This document shows, in pieces, positions 62,469 to 64,000 of a DNA stretch of 64,000 bases (the stretch's first letter is position 1; each line of letters opens with the position of its first letter). The notes under the pieces were generated by a model, which worked only from the letters and a program-made list of their open reading frames with translations, was not told the DNA's origin and ran no database searches. Origin of the DNA: a virus; the IMG/VR virus record IMGVR_UViG_3300020445_001256, positions 23,448-87,447 of that record. One strand, 5' to 3'. The position numbers and the translations under genes are program-made.

Positions 62469-62707
62469 CCACTGAACTGGAAAAGGTATCCCAAGATCAG
62501 ATGCTTTCCCAATTTAAGGAAAGATATCAAAAATGCATTGCTGAAAACCAGCAATTAGCAGCAAAAATTAAAGAAAATGAAGTCACAGCACTCAAGCTTC
62601 AGGGTGCTATTGAGGCATTGGAGTATTACAATCCACCGCAAGAAACGGCAGCACCAGAAATTCCTGCCGATGATGTAACGGATGGGTCTCCTGAATTAAC
62701 TGAATAA
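62465..62707 (+). CDS. small coiled-coil protein
   Basis: ALKLQGAIEALEY; ATGA overlap. Confidence 0.75.
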   Translation: MTTELEKVSQDQMLSQFKERYQKCIAENQQLAAKIKENEVTALKLQGAIEALEYYNPPQETAAPEIPADDVTDGSPELTE

Positions 62708-62712
62708 TATCG

Positions 62713-62737
62713 AAGGGGGACGCAAGTCCCCTTTCTT
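62713..62737 (+). terminator. intrinsic terminator
   Basis: aagggggac-gcaa-gtcccctttctt (GNRA loop). Confidence 0.75.
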
Positions 62738-62743
62738 AATGGC

Positions 62744-62750
62744 ATAAATA
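62744..62750 (+). promoter_or_regulatory. T4-type late promoter
   Basis: ATAAATA upstream of the fibre gene. Confidence 0.7.
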
Positions 62751-62790
62751 ACTTGGAAGCATGTTCCCATAGAGTTGTCTTAAAAATAAA

Positions 62791-63999
62791 ATGGCAAATA
62801 GAATTCAATTAAGAAGAGGTGGTGCTCAGGATTGGGCTAACTCTAACCCGACCCTAGCACAAGGTGAATTAGGTATTGAACTTGATACTGGTAGATTTAA
62901 AATAGGTGACGGTGTTACCGCTTGGAATACTTTACGGTATGAGCGTCCCGTAGAATCTACTTCTAATACTGCAAATACACTTGTACAAAGAGATGCTGAT
63001 GGTAACTTCTCTGCAGGAACTATCACATCAACCCTTATCGGTAATGCTTCAACTTCTTCAAGACTTGCATCTGCTAGACAGCTTACGTTATCAGATGACA
63101 TAGTAGGATCTGGTGTTTTTGATGGTTCTGCCAACCTCACTATATCTACTGGACTACAATTAATTTCAACTCTACCTCATTATGATGGAACTGCTAGTGC
63201 TTCTGCAACTTATACAAAGGTAACTGTAGACGCAAAAGGTAGAATTACAAATGCTTCCACACCTTCAACTCTTGCTGATTATAACCTTAATGGAACTGTA
63301 GAGGGATCATCAGCTCAACCATATGATTTAGACTTAGTTGCACTTTCTGGTCTTACTACTACTGGTATTATTGCTAGAACTAGTGGTGGTGCTATGTCAA
63401 CCAGAACCATTACTGGTACTGCTACAAGAATTGGTATGACCAATGGTAATGGTGTTTCTGGAAACCCAACTATTGACCTTATTACTACTGCAGTGCAAGC
63501 AGGTGATTATAATACAGAGTCTCTAACATCAGTATCTGGTGTTGGTAGTAACAGTGAACCATTTGGTACACAAACTGTAAACGCTACGAAATTTACAGTT
63601 GATGCATATGGTAGACTAACTAGTGCAACTAATGTACCTATTGCCACAGCAGTAGAAGGAACAGATGCAGCAGCATACAACGCAGGAACGACCTATTCCA
63701 GAGGTGATAAGATCACTAATGCGTCGAAACTTTATCAAGCCATTGCAGGTATCTCGGCAGGAGCTGGAGCACCTACTCATTCAGATACTAGTGATGCTGG
63801 ATCGTGGAGACACCTCGGTGCAGTTACGACAAAACAAAAAGGTCTCGCTTCCTTTGCTCAAGAAGATTTCGATGTATCTGCAGGGGGTCACGTTAGTCTC
63901 TCTGCTGCTGGTATTGACAATTCTCAATTACAAAACAGTAGAATTTCCTTTGCTGACGGCAACGCGAAAGAGGACTTCGACCTCGACCAAGAATTAACT
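62791..63999 (+). CDS. 3'-truncated tail fibre protein with an Mtd_N-like N-terminus, not in the track
   Basis: MANRIQLRRGGAQDWANSNPTLAQGELGIELDTGRFKIGDGVTAWNTL; VTVDAKGRIT fibre motifs; frame open to the window end. Confidence 0.88.
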   Translation, partial: MANRIQLRRGGAQDWANSNPTLAQGELGIELDTGRFKIGDGVTAWNTLRYERPVESTSNTANTLVQRDADGNFSAGTITSTLIGNASTSSRLASARQLTLSDDIVGSGVFDGSANLTISTGLQLISTLPHYDGTASASATYTKVTVDAKGRITNASTPSTLADYNLNGTVEGSSAQPYDLDLVALSGLTTTGIIARTSGGAMSTRTITGTATRIGMTNGNGVSGNPTIDLITTAVQAGDYNTESLTSVSGVGSNSEPFGTQTVNATKFTVDAYGRLTSATNVPIATAVEGTDAAAYNAGTTYSRGDKITNASKLYQAIAGISAGAGAPTHSDTSDAGSWRHLGAVTTKQKGLASFAQEDFDVSAGGHVSLSAAGIDNSQLQNSRISFADGNAKEDFDLDQELT

Positions 64000-64000
64000 G

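Noticed and set aside
14-63140. All minus-strand ORFs, and short alternative-frame plus-strand ORFs inside long genes
   Set aside because: They are shadows of well-supported plus-strand genes, with no RBS, motifs or promoters.
63665-63997. Track ORF of 110 aa
   Set aside because: It is out of frame within the fibre gene that is open from 62791 to the window end.
62791-64000. Diversity-generating retroelement, suggested by the Mtd_N-like domain
   Set aside because: No reverse transcriptase and no TR/VR pair differing at adenines in this window; this N-terminal domain is common in fibres.

Overview
A 64-kb, AT-rich, entirely plus-strand segment of a T4-like cyanomyovirus (Kyanoviridae-type; the low GC suggests a Prochlorococcus-type host). 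About 1-16.3 kb is an early/accessory region: 2OG-Fe(II) oxygenases, two beta-class DNA methyltransferases (one paired with a putative PD-(D/E)xK nuclease), an SF2 helicase, and dozens of tiny ORFs. These are driven by 11 copies of a palindrome plus -10 early promoter. The region also holds two candidate structured RNAs and a cluster of DnaA-box-like 9-mers. About 16.5-20 kb carries ferredoxin petF, more oxygenases and a SET-domain gene. From 20 kb on is the late baseplate/tail module: gp25, gp6, an 8214-aa gp7-like giant, a gp9-like protein, a 1646-aa YHYH protein, gp8, a 2404-aa DUF4815/VrlC-like protein and a truncated fibre gene. The standout observation is 35939-42613 of the giant gene. 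It encodes 21 copies of a ~106-aa domain that are not tandem but inserted into each other's loops recursively. By hand they parse as balanced brackets (depth up to 8, branching, 7 leaves, one circularly permuted copy), which predicts a single-chain tree-shaped ('fractal') virion appendage. The tree itself is grafted into a loop of a phycobiliprotein-like helical repeat. All calls come from reading the sequence by eye; no searches were run.
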